Assembly: GCF_006345805.1 (NCBI RefSeq)
Contig: NC_043006.1
Span: 8,494,001-8,558,000 of the forward strand
Length of the DNA stretch: 64,000 nt
From: Octopus sinensis
Lineage: Eukaryota
Reading direction: 5' to 3'
Shown here in pieces: positions 1-12,163 of the stretch. The translations under genes were made by a program, and so were the position numbers. Positions within the stretch are counted from its first letter, which is position 1, and every line of letters begins with the position of its first letter. The notes beneath the pieces are model-generated. The model did not search any database. It was not told where the DNA came from and saw only the letters and a list, made by a program, of their open reading frames with translations.

Positions 1-16
1 ATATAAGAATTTTATT

Positions 17-95
17 CATGTATACGATCGTTTCGTACGTAGATATAAAATCATTTTAGAATTTTCAAAATGTCCTTATACTCATCAGTGCAGAT
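17..95 (-). ncRNA. Type I hammerhead ribozyme-like motif with intact core
   Basis: Minus strand reads UGCA-CUGAUGA-GUAU...[insert]...GUAC-GAAAC-GAUC-GU-A-UACA. All core nucleotides are present, G10.1:C11.1 closes stem II, helix III is the palindrome ACGAUCGU, and the cleavage triplet is GUA. Confidence 0.6.
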
Positions 96-902
96 AAAAT
101 ATAATAAGAACTTTAGAGAAAGAAGCAGAGAAATCGGATGTATGGGTTTCATGTTAATCTGTACCTATCTATGTGTGATTATGAAGGAAGTTATATCAAT
201 TATTAAACCGCAAATACTAGATGAAAGGTTAGGAGATGATATAAATATAGAGGTATCGATAACTCTATCTCTCTCTATCTGCCTATAGATTAGTTTAGAT
301 TTGCTAATCAAATCTCCATATATGAAGCACAGAGTGATTTATTTAGAGGAAGATCCAATGAGAATGATCCCTAATGTAAACTAAATCTAACCGTAGAAAA
401 CAATACTTGGAATATTTTTTTTATATAAAAAATCATAAACAGATGACGGAAGTTTAGCGTAAAAAATTACATTTGTAAAGTTTATACCAGAAAGTTAATG
501 TAGGCATTTATGAAAATATGGTGGGAGGAGTGGAATTGAAAAGAATGAAGTTGATGTGGATAAAGGAATCTTGTCTACTAAAGATGCATAATAAGGTAGC
601 ATGGAAGTATAATAAAGGAGATAAAGGGGGAAATTTGAGGATTAAGGTTGTATTATACTTACGAAATCTATTGTTAAGGAGAGAGATGTGGTAAGAAAAG
701 AAATATAGAAGCGATAAGGAAAATAAATTAGAGAGAGTGAAAAGGAAACGAAATTATCTTAGTGTAGGGCAGATAAATACGAAGAAAAAATATTATTGAT
801 CAAGTATGGGATGTGATGAGGGAAGTGGATGTTAAAAATAAAAGAGAGATTAATGATAAATGTATTGAATGTGTAGGATAATGTTATACAAAAGGAATAT
901 TT

Positions 903-936
<34 letters not shown>

Positions 937-1496
937 AAATTACGCCAAAAGTTTTTTTCTTTTTACATACTATGTAAGAAGGATACGGTACGGCTATATA
1001 TTCACGTTATAGTATATGTATATATATGTGTGTGTGTATGCACTTGTGTGTGTGTGTGTGTGTGGTGTGTGTGTGTACTTGTGTGAGTGTATAAAATTGA
1101 CATTCATGAGTTTTTTAATTTTTAATCAAGAAGACATTTGTGCATGTATTGACACTGGATGGATGAAAGCTGAATATTTGTACTGGATTTGAAAGATTAG
1201 AACTAAAAACGATTACTTTTCACAGGCACTCTATTCATTCAACTACACACCGCTCTGTATAAAATCATTAAGAATATGAGTAACGACACGGAAAGATTTT
1301 CAAGGTTAAAACAGGCAAATAATTTCGGTTACAATAAAATTGTATTTCCCTATGAGTGACGCTTATTACTCGGCAGTATAGTAAAGAGTAAGAGGACTGG
1401 AAAGAAAATTGGTACTTTGTTAAAAAAAATGTATATTTATAACTAAATGGGACAATTTTCGAATAGTGTTGCATAGATATAAAGAAAGTGACCTGT

Positions 1497-1593
1497 ATAC
1501 ATACATACATACATACATACATACATACATACATACATACATACATACATACATACATACATACATACATACATACATACATACATACATACA

Positions 1594-1622
<29 letters not shown>
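1497..1622. repeat. (CATA)n tetranucleotide microsatellite
   Basis: Pure atac repeats. Confidence 0.97.
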
Positions 1623-1629
<7 letters not shown>

Positions 1630-1768
1630 TACATATAGATATATATATGTATATAAATATAGATATATATATATACATATATATATGTACATATATATAT
1701 ATATACGTATGCTGCTTATATATATTCATATATTTTCCCCCAACTTGTTTCACATTTATGTACTTATT

Positions 1769-1808
<40 letters not shown>

Positions 1809-1928
1809 CATATATATATGTATATAATATATATATATATTATATATATATATATTATATATAATATATATATATATATATATACGCATTCATATGCATA
1901 AATTTATATAGATATAAATCAGCATCAG

Positions 1929-1934
1929 TTTATT
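1929..1934 (-). terminator. Candidate polyadenylation signal AATAAA, the first canonical hexamer downstream of the stop codon
   Basis: Plus-strand TTTATT about 865 nt downstream of the stop. Positional evidence only; hexamers are common in AT-rich DNA. Confidence 0.25.
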
Positions 1935-2465
1935 TGTATACATATAGAAATGTACAGATTAATGTAGCCATCGATCTGTATGTATATATGTATATATATA
2001 TATATGCCTATATATATTTATATATATACGTGTGTGTGTCTGTATATGTATGTATATATATATATTTGAGTATATATATATATATATATATGCGTATATG
2101 TATACATATATATGAATACATAAATAGATGTATACATACATATATATTTATATCATATATCATATATCTATATGCGTATAGAAGAACGCATACATATATG
2201 CTGTTTTACATGATGCAATTATAAATTTAACAGGGAAAATTAATAATTTTTATACAAACAATTATATAAGTGAATGCATGTATTTGTAAACTTGCATAAA
2301 AAATTGAAGAATATATCAACTAGTGCATGTGAGTCATCGGTTGCAATGTGTTCATTCAGTAATATTTTTATATTAAATGCTTTAAAAAAATGATTATTTC
2401 ATTAATGGGCTTGTATGTACATATGTTTCAATAACAAATAACTAACACATGCCAACAGCTTATCA

Positions 2466-2566
<101 letters not shown>

Positions 2567-2616
2567 CATATATACACACACACATATATATATATATGTA
2601 TATATATATAAATGTG

Positions 2617-2652
<36 letters not shown>

Positions 2653-2798
2653 GATATTTAGATATATGCATACATATATACAAACGCATGTACAAAGATA
2701 TACGTTAGTAGGTATTTCATGCGAATATCATTTCAGTTGCTGTACATGTGTTGAAATTTCGTAACTTAGTATTAGTGTGTTGCCAAAACTGTAGACAA

Positions 2799-3098
2799 TC
2801 AGCGTGATAAAAGATAAACACACCAATATATAGAATTGAATATACCGAAAGAAATGGGGAATACATAGCGGGCTACTTTGTCGATACGACTTACACTTAG
2901 ACCACGCTCTTTATCCATGGTGGAATTCTTCCCGTAACGATAGGACGTGTTACCAGTCAAGCAGTTCCAGAAAGCATTTGCACAGCTGCCACTGTATTTC
3001 TTTCGTTGGATCTTTGTAGTACAACTTTCCACAATATGCTGTGCGTCCACATTTTCTATTGTATGCGTGTTTGATTCACTGAGAGGCAAAAGCACTTT
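2799..3098 (-). CDS. Terminal exon (end of intracellular loop, M4, stop) of the same Cys-loop channel subunit; GRD/CG8916-like
   Basis: Acceptor ttttatatttttatactttcag|AAA in phase 0, matching the upstream donor. Translates KVLLPLSES...FWNCLTGNTSYR...SVSRIDKVARYVFPISFGIFNSIYWCVYLLSR*, with the canonical SxIDxxARxxFPxxFxxFNxxYW M4 signature. The 'CLxG' loop motif recalls GRD/8916-type subunits (from memory of the family; needs phylogeny). Confidence 0.93.
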   Translation of the reverse strand, partial: KVLLPLSESNTHTIENVDAQHIVESCTTKIQRKKYSGSCANAFWNCLTGNTSYRYGKNSTMDKERGLSVSRIDKVARYVFPISFGIFNSIYWCVYLLSR

Positions 3099-3204
3099 CT
3101 GAAAGTATAAAAATATAAAATGAGGGAGAACAAGTAGATTCTATAGATGACGCAAAAATATTTTTGCGTCATGTAATGTATATATATATAATGTATATAT
3201 ATAA

Positions 3205-3239
<35 letters not shown>

Positions 3240-3292
3240 CTATATATATGAATGCATATGCTTGTATATATATATATATGTGTGTAATATAT

Positions 3293-3660
3293 GTGACAAT
3301 GATACGGTTGCCATAATAAAACTCCGAGTTTAGGATGTTGGGGTGGAAATCTGTACCACCAACTCTTCATTTATCGAGGCAATTAAAATATGCTATGAAA
3401 ATGACCGTAAAAATAAGGGAAAAACAGAAGGGGAGGAATTTTTACTTTTTAATTCCTGCCCTTCGGGTATTCCCATATTTAACGGTCATTCTAATAACAC
3501 TATTGTCTTAATAACGGTAAATTACATAGTAAATTCCCCTTCGTTTAAAGGTAATTTTCATATGTTTTGATTGCCTCCATAAATGAAGAGATGTCGGTGC
3601 AGGTTTCCGCCACGACATCCGAAAGTCGGAGTTTTATTATGGCAACCGAATAATTGTCAC
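3293..3660. mobile_element. Fold-back MITE with ~100 bp terminal inverted repeats
   Basis: 3293-3392 (gtgacaatgatacggttgccataataaaactccga...) is the imperfect reverse complement of 3559-3660 (...tcggagttttattatggcaaccgaataattgtcac). A second internal inverted repeat pairs ~3395-3420 with ~3472-3497. Confidence 0.8.
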
Positions 3661-3732
3661 ACATTATATTACAGATACATTCTTCTATTTACATAATATC
3701 GTGATCTCTTTCATTCTTTGTTGTCTTACCAC

Positions 3733-3805
<73 letters not shown>

Positions 3806-3812
3806 ATATATA

Positions 3813-3850
<38 letters not shown>

Positions 3851-4059
3851 CACACTCACATATGTGTAATAAAACTCTTTAAATTTATACCAATCAATGT
3901 TTCAGCAAAACTTATATAATACAGATATATAATACAGAAGGAGAGAAAATGACCTAAAATATTATGTATTGTATTTTCACATGAGAAAGGACACATTTTA
4001 ATTACATATCAATATATATGTATGTATATACACGTATTCATATATATGGTATCTGTATG

Positions 4060-4103
<44 letters not shown>

Positions 4104-4111
4104 TATATATG

Positions 4112-4143
<32 letters not shown>

Positions 4144-4208
4144 TTATGTGTGTATATATTGTATATATGGATATATATATATATATGTGTATATATATAT
4201 ATATATAT

Positions 4209-4247
<39 letters not shown>

Positions 4248-4339
4248 GATATTAATTATAAAAGGTAAAATCAATAACAATTTTACCAGATAGGCAGTGC
4301 GGAAATAAAACCGATTCCTAGTTATAATTATGTATATAA

Positions 4340-4825
<486 letters not shown>

Positions 4826-4827
<2 letters not shown>

Positions 4828-5800
4828 CTTGCAGATGACTCCAAGCTACAGAAGGTCATAAATGAGGCGAGTGACCGGACATGCCTTCAGTCAGATCTAC
4901 TGGCTGTTATCCAATGGGCAGAAAAAAAACAATATACTGCTGAACGAGGATAAATTTGAGCTAATCCACTTGGAAAAGAGGATGCCCTGAAACTCCCATA
5001 CTCCCTTCCTTCAGGTGAAACTCTCGCGGCGTCCAACAACATCAGAGACTTGGGAGTAATTGTGGACAACAACGTAAGCTGGGCCACTCATATAAACACC
5101 AAAGTTGACATGGCCCGCAGAATGTGTTCCTGGATTCTCAGAACTTTCCAGTCGAGAGATATCCACACCATTATCCTTCTCTTCTCCACTTTTGCCCGAC
5201 CCCACCTTGAATACTGTTGTCCACTGTGGTCTCCCCAGACAATACAAGGTATCATAAAAGTTGAAGCACCTCAAAGGCAATCACAAAAAAGATAGATGGC
5301 ATGACAGGCCTCGACTATTGGGGTCGGCTAGAAAAGCTAAAACTCTATTCTCTCCAACGTCGTCGTGAGCGCTACATCATCTGCTGATGTGGAAAATATT
5401 CCATCAGCATTGCCCAAATGATGTTGGCATCACCTTTAAGGTACATCCAAGGCTTGGGCCCCGTGCCATCCGCCCAAAACAAAAATCGCAATCTCATCTC
5501 ATAACAACAATACGGCACAATTATTTCACCTCAATTGGCCCCGCTCTCTTAACATTACACCAAAACACATTAAAACAGAAACTGACCCTATAGGGTTCAA
5601 GAAGTCTTTGGACAGATTCCTTCAAGAAATCCCGGATAAACCCCCTACACCTGGATATGTCTCTGTAAACAATAACTCTCTACTTGAGTGGGCCATAGTG
5701 CCCAAATTCTGACTTGAAAGACTTCACCAGGTGTGCTATTAAGTTAGACATGGCCTGGGCCAATAATGGCCGAAACCTATCAAAGTATCAAAGTAAAGTA
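4826..5800 (+). mobile_element. 5'-truncated CR1/L2-clade LINE (RT C-terminus, 3' UTR, short tandem tail)
   Basis: ADDSKL...LQSDL...W...IRDLGVIVD...RPHLEYCCPLWSP...LYSLQRRRERY...GPALFN...LD.FL..IPD.P across a few frameshifts and stops. Ends in the stem-loop ggccaataatggcc and a (tatcaaag)-like tail. Confidence 0.92.
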
Positions 5801-6194
5801 TATATATAGTGAGAGAGATAGGGATATACATATGTATATACATATAAATATTTTTTTACATATATGTATATACATTATATGCATATTGATATATAAATAT
5901 ATACATGTACATGCAAAGATATACGACGCGCTCGCACACACACACACATATATATGTATATGACACTGACATACAAGAATATGTTTGCACGTGACAAATG
6001 TTTTCACGGAACAGTGTTGTTGTAAAAGCTATTAATCTATGTTTTCAGAAAGTTAGTTGTAGCCTCTCGACTTAAAATGAGAATGAGTAAGCACATATTC
6101 TCGGAAACGTTTCGTATGATACATGTTTTTGCTGAACATATAATCTTTTCTACTCCAGACACAAGGCTCGACATTTTGGGGGATGGTGCTAGTC

Positions 6195-6542
6195 TATTAG
6201 ATCGACCCCAGTACGCAACTGGAATCAATTTATCAGCCCCGGAATGATGAAAGCAAATTTGAGCTCAGATGAAAGTAATTTGACCTCAGAACTTAAAGAC
6301 AAACAAAATACCTATTTCTTTACTACCCACAAGGGGCTAAACACAGATAGGACTAACAAGGGCAGACAAACGGATTAAGTCGATTATATCGATCCCAGGG
6401 CATAACTGGTACTTATTTAATCGAGCCCGAAAGGCTGAAAGCTAAAGTCGACCTCGGCAGAATTTAAACTCAAACGTAACGGTAGCCGAAATACCGCTAA
6501 GCATTTCGCTCGGCGTGCTAACGTTTCTGACAGATCGCCGCC
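6195..6542 (-). mobile_element. tRNA-derived SINE family A, full copy (6311-6542) plus a tandem partial second unit
   Basis: Reverse complement of the ...cagaaacgttagcacgccg...gagttcaaattc...gaggtcgactttgcctttcatcc...ccttgtgggtagtaaagaaatagg unit seen repeatedly in the window, with A/B-box-like head. Confidence 0.85.
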
Positions 6543-6681
6543 TTTGCTGTATATATCAATGAATATTGTTGCCAAAAGAGGTTCTGGCGTAAACGAAATA
6601 TTATATGATGTGTGTGTGTCTGTGTGTGCATGTCTGTGTGTATGCGTGTAGGTGTGTGTATGTGTGTACATATATATGTAA

Positions 6682-6714
<33 letters not shown>

Positions 6715-6754
6715 TATATATACATACATATATATGTAAACAGTATATAATATA

Positions 6755-6796
<42 letters not shown>

Positions 6797-7614
6797 CACG
6801 CACCCATACACATGTCCACACATACACCATTTATCATAGCGTCTGTGTAGTATATATCAGAGTCTGTGTTTACACATACACAGGCGAATATATATACGTG
6901 TATGTGTATATGTATATGTGGCTATCTTACACTCGATCTCTTTATATCTCTATATCTCGCTCTCTCTTTCCCCACTCTCTCTCCCTGTATACATATGTGT
7001 GTGCGTGTACGCGAATACAACCAAATTGGCAAATTTATGTTGTAATATTTTAAAATAATTCTTTACTAACATAAAAAAATATTTGACTCTGGAGCTTATC
7101 GGGATTTAAAGAGATAAATACTCTTATTGCAGGATAACAATCGGCTGAATATACTGAATATAAACAGATTTTCACGATAATTATCTCACAGTAAACGTCA
7201 TAGCATATTATACTCCCATAATTTGTCTTAAACAAACCTCTAAAGAGGAATGTCTCTTGTAAAATATTTATATGAAGTCCTACAAATGCAAAATCTGTGG
7301 CAAGAAACGATCTAATGCGATGTTGAAGACCAAAGTCTAAGACCAGTGAACAGTGAAGCGTTTAACTAGGGTTGTTGTTTTCTGTTATAGTATTAGCTGA
7401 GTAGATTTTAGCGGTGGAGGTTGTACTGGAGACAGAATTTTCGTAATGATGTTTGTTATCATAACTCCATAAAACAAAACATTAGTAATAATGGTTTGAA
7501 ATATTGGCACATGGCCAAAAAGTCGATAAAATGAACCCGTGGTCAACACAATAATAATAATCATCATCATCATTTATACTATAGGCATAACGCTTGAAAT
7601 TTCGCGAGAGGTAG

Positions 7615-7742
7615 TATGTTGATTACATCGACAAAAGGAACTTACTTTATCAATAGGGAAAGGATGAAATAGAAAGAAGTAAAAACAGAACAAATGCCGC
7701 TGAGCATATTGCTTGGTACGCTAGTGATTGTTCCAGCACGCC
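7615..7742 (-). mobile_element. Degenerate SINE family A fragment
   Basis: gattacatcgac...aaggatgaaa...gctgagcat...ccagcacgcc matches the reverse complement of the family head and body. Confidence 0.5.
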
Positions 7743-7999
7743 AACTTCGCAAAATTTGTAATAATGAATGTGTTTCCTTAAAATGGTTCCAGTCCATTGA
7801 AAATGAATCAGCTGGGACAATTTAAAAGGCTTTGAAGAATAGGCTAAGAGAGGTGAAGCTTTAATTGAATGAGAGTGTTATTAGTAGATGCAAAGTACAA
7901 TTGTAGTAAAATGTGTTAGACTTCTACCTTATTTGCTGGCACTCACACAAATTAATGTGCGTTGGTATACTCTTGTACATAAATAATAGTAATATATAC

Positions 8000-8330
8000 A
8001 TCCATTCCTCTGTCTTTACGTCCCGAGTTCAAGCTCTGCCGAGGGCCCCTTTGTCTTTCACCATTCCTAGATCGATAAAATAAGTACTATATTTTCTACA
8101 GTTGATGTAATCAACCTATTCCGGCCCATCCCCCACTGTATGGTGGGGAGCTGGCAGAATCATCGGCACGCCGAGCAAAATACTGAGTTGTATTTGTCCG
8201 TCTTTACGTTCCGCGCTTAGATTCCGCTGAGCTTGACTTTGCCTTTCATCTTATTGGGGTTGATAAAATAAGTACCAGTTGCGAACAGGGTTGTTGTAAT
8301 CGACTTAGTCTTTCCCCCGAAATTTAGCTG
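8000..8330 (+). mobile_element. Two adjacent degenerate SINE family A copies
   Basis: gagttcaagctctgccgagg...tcgataaaataagtac and gagctggcagaatc...gactttgcctttcatc...aagtaccagtt motifs. Confidence 0.7.
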
Positions 8331-8690
8331 ACATTTTCATTCGTAATACTTGGAATGGAGACGAACTTTCAACTCTCTAATCTTCTCCATAGCTAATCAT
8401 TAGTTTATCATTACGTCTTTTTTTTATACTAACAAATCCTGTAGTTTGAATGCTAGCTTTTCCTTATTCCATATCTCAGCTCAGTTTCCCACGTCATGTT
8501 CTACGTTTCCAAATCCTAGTGAATATCTACTATAATGCTTTTTGTTCATTCTCTTTTCTAACTGCTTTTAGCTTTAACATTTTTTTTTTGTTATATCAGT
8601 CCCACCGGAAAGGTACTGATGCATTCTTTCTCTCAGATTACACTCGTTAAATTTACGTACTATTCCTATACGAATGCTGAAAGCACATGC

Positions 8691-8750
<60 letters not shown>

Positions 8751-9490
8751 TTGTATATACGTACATACATACATGCATACGTACATACATACATACATAC
8801 ATACATACATACTTACATGCATACGTACATGCATACATACATACATATATGCATACATACTCACATGCATCTTAACCGTGTAGTCAAATTATCAAATTAT
8901 GCACTCTGCTCTGTAGACCATACCAAAAGACGATTAAACAACTAAAGTAATCTAACCGAACATATAATTCTACAGAAATTTTTATTCCTCTTCCATACTG
9001 TATTGTTTTGCATTACAGACTAACAGGAATTTTTTCCCCGGTGTATGCTGCACAACCATTTGTGCTTTAGCGAACACGTTATTAGTTTGCTCAGGAATGT
9101 TTATCATAATAATTGTGTCGTAAGTATAGCAACGCTAAAGGAACAAAAATCGACTACATACAACACAGCTTTGCGTAATAGTTCTCTCAGTTTATGACAA
9201 AGCAAGTTCGATTAATATTCTTAATGACACAAAACGAGTTTGATTAACGATTTTAATGGAAAAAAATCATTTGGCCTGCATCTCCTTTGTGAGCTGCTGG
9301 CTAAATGATATGAAGATCAAAACAAAATACATGGCAATGGTTTTATACTTGTTTGCGAAATATCCCACCTCGCAGAGTGTATTTATGCAACCATTCTCAG
9401 TAGTTTGTATACTATTCTTGTAGCATTCAAAGGAATCTAAATGTTATTTGTGAAAATTGAAGTATACACTACATTATATACAAAGGTTTA

Positions 9491-9722
9491 AGGCGGCGAG
9501 CTGGCAGAAACGTTAGCACGCCGGGCGAAATACTTAGCAGTATTTCGCCTGCCGCTACGTTCTGTGTTCAAATTCCGCCGAGGTCGACTTTGCCTTTCAT
9601 CCTTTCAGGGTCAATAAATTAAGTACCAGTTACGCCCTGAAGGCGATATAATCGACGTAATCCGTTTGTCTGTCCTTGTTTGTCCTCTCTGTGTTTAGCT
9701 CCTTGTGGGTTGTAAAGAAATA
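9491..9722 (+). mobile_element. SINE family A, near-complete copy
   Basis: gagctggcagaaacgttagcacgccgggcgaaa...gttcaaattccgccgaggtcgactttgcctttcatcc...ccttgtgggttgtaaagaaata. Confidence 0.9.
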
Positions 9723-9830
9723 TATATACAAAGGTTCCAAATAGAAATCATTCATAATTAACGAATACGTAATACACGTCTTTATTACCAGATTTATAAT
9801 GTTGTATATAGTTCGTATTCGACATTTTGC

Positions 9831-10125
9831 TCTATCTATCTATCCGCTCAATCGAAGTCGACTCTCGGTTACTCGATGGATCAGTGTTCTCCAGTCAGTT
9901 CTTTCCTGGGTCGCTTCTTTCTGTTTGGCTATGGCCATTCCCGTATCACTCTTAATAGTGTCAAGCCAGTGGGTTCTTGGTCGGCTTCTTCCTCTCTTGG
10001 TACTGACCATTCCGACCATGATGTTCTTCTTCAGGGATTTTCTCCGCAAAATATGCCAATCTATGCTGAACTTTCGGCTTGCTCCGGTTAAGAACTTCTC
10101 CATTTTGCTGAGATCCTGCATTTTG
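9831..10125 (-). mobile_element. RTE-clade LINE 3' end with (GATA)n tail
   Basis: HILRRKSLKKNIMVGMVSTKRGRSRPRTHWLDTIKSDTGM...DWRTLIHRVTESRLRLSG* is the typical RTE/BovB-like C-terminus, immediately followed by a gatagatagata tail. Confidence 0.88.
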
Positions 10126-10234
10126 TGAATTCTATGGTTAGTAGCTTAAGGAAGAATTACAGACGTACCTGCGATGATACAATAAATTGCATCCTTCCAA
10201 CTAAATAAAATTATTATTCAAAAACCTTAAATCG

Positions 10235-11240
10235 GGGAGATGGCCGAGTCGGAAAAATGCCCTGCGATATTTGTTCCATCTCTTTATATTCTCAGTTCAA
10301 ATCTCACCGAGATTAAATTTGCCTATCTTCCTTTCGGGTTCAATTAAATAAAGTACTAGTCAGTTATATCGACTAAAGAATCCACCTGCCCTAAAAGATG
10401 AAGACCTTGTGTCTTAATCAGAAATCATTATTACAGCTTTGAATCCGCTAGTAGGCTTTTGAGGGTTGATGGCTCTGGAAAAGAAAGCAGCTACAGGGAT
10501 TTTGTGTTAACAGTTGAAAATAAGGAATTTTCCTGAACTTATGGAGCTGTAAACACAGAAAAATATGACTTCCCACTTTTGCGACTTCCAGGCGTACAGT
10601 CAAACGAAATCGCTCTCGCCAAAGCATACTCGTGAGTTCAAGGGGTTACCGAAGTTTGAGGGTCATAAAAAGTTTCATACAAATTTCCAATTTCTGAGTT
10701 CAAATTTTGACTTGGTCGGTTCTGTGCTGCAACAACTCCGATTCATTACATTAGTTTAATAAAAAAATGTATATCTAGAATTAAACATTAGCTGAGTATT
10801 GCGTTAAATGTAGTCGATTATACCCTTCACAGAAATTTGTCACACCATTATTTATGAGAATCATTAAAAACGTTGGGGAAATGCTTTGACACATTATATT
10901 GTGAGTCTTTATATTCCGAGTTCAAATCCCACCGAAGACAACTTTGACTTTGATCCCTCTGGAGTTAATAAAATAAATTCTGAGTACAGCACTAGGAACG
11001 ACGTTTTCTTTCAACCTGCTCCCTTCAAAATGGTTGGCCTTATTTCTAAATCAGAAAATATTATCATTTGTGCAGAGTGCTGGCAGAACCGTGAGTATTC
11101 CGAACAAAATGTTTAGCAGCATTTCTTTCGGCTTTGTCTTTCCTCCTTTTGGGATTTGACAAAATAAGTACTAGTCAAGGACTGGGTGCGATGGTATTGA
11201 CTAGACACCCCAACCGCATAATCTCAGGCTTTGTTCATAT
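10235..11240 (+). mobile_element. Cluster of three degenerate SINE family A copies (~10235-10432, ~10870-11060, ~11080-11240)
   Basis: Each contains gttcaaat...ccgag...ttgcct/ttgact...cttcc/ctttc...aaataagtac motifs. Confidence 0.65.
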
Positions 11241-11852
11241 AGCCAAAACAATTTTTACTACGACAATCACCAGCACGACTTTATCATAATTTATGTGTGC
11301 ATGTATATTAAGAAAATATCGCATGAACAAATTTCACTAATTGTAAAAAAAAATACGTATAAATAATTCACTTTCTATCCATGCTTTCCTATAGACTTTT
11401 CCTGTAGGGTCAAAATTCAAAACCATCAATGAAATATATATAGTTCGATTTGCGTATAATGCCTACAACATAATCTACATTGTTAGTTTTAGAAAATGTC
11501 ATTATGAAATGGCATCACTCCAGTTCTTATAGTATTATACTATTTACAGAATGAAAAACGAAAACCTAAACGGAAATGTTTCTGAATTGTATTTGTTATT
11601 TGTTGCAGGCAACATAGGAAGAATGTTTGCTGTTTTGAATTACTATTCTTCAAGATAACATTCTTTACTTTCATAATACTTCTTGCATTCTCTATATTAG
11701 ACACTCTGCAATTTGAGTAGCAAGATTTCTATTTCTCAGTGCATGAGTATAACCATTCTAGTAACTATTTCATGTATAAATGTGGTCCAATGTTTTTATC
11801 TGTCATTGTCAATTGGCTCTTATAATTATGACATACTATGAAAAATAGTGTG

Positions 11853-12163
11853 CAGGCACAATTGCCCAGTGGCTAGGGCAGCGGACTCGCGGTGGGAGGA
11901 TCGCGGTTTCGATTTCCAGACCGGGCGTCGTGTGTGTTTATTGAACGAAAACACCTAAAAGTTCCACGAGGCTCCGGCATGGGGTGGTGGCGACACCTCT
12001 TTGTACTTTTTCGCCACAACTTTCTCTCACTCTCTCTTCCTGTTTCTTGAGTCATGCTGCGATGGACTGCTGTCCCGTCTAGCTGGGGGGAACACATACG
12101 CCACAGAAAGCGGGAAACCGGGCCCATGAGCCTGGCTAGGATTGAAAAGGTCGACAAAAAAAA
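11853..12163 (+). mobile_element. tRNA-derived SINE (head/body B + tail X) with poly(A) and 15-bp target-site duplication
   Basis: tRNA-like head (cccagtggctagggcagcggactc...ggtttcgatttcc) and an A-rich end. TSD atgaaaaatagtgtg at 11838-11852 and 12164-12178. Confidence 0.9.

Noticed and set aside
10565-10745. Relatively GC-balanced stretch as a candidate cassette exon on the minus strand
   Set aside because: No acceptor with a pyrimidine tract, and all frames close before a donor.
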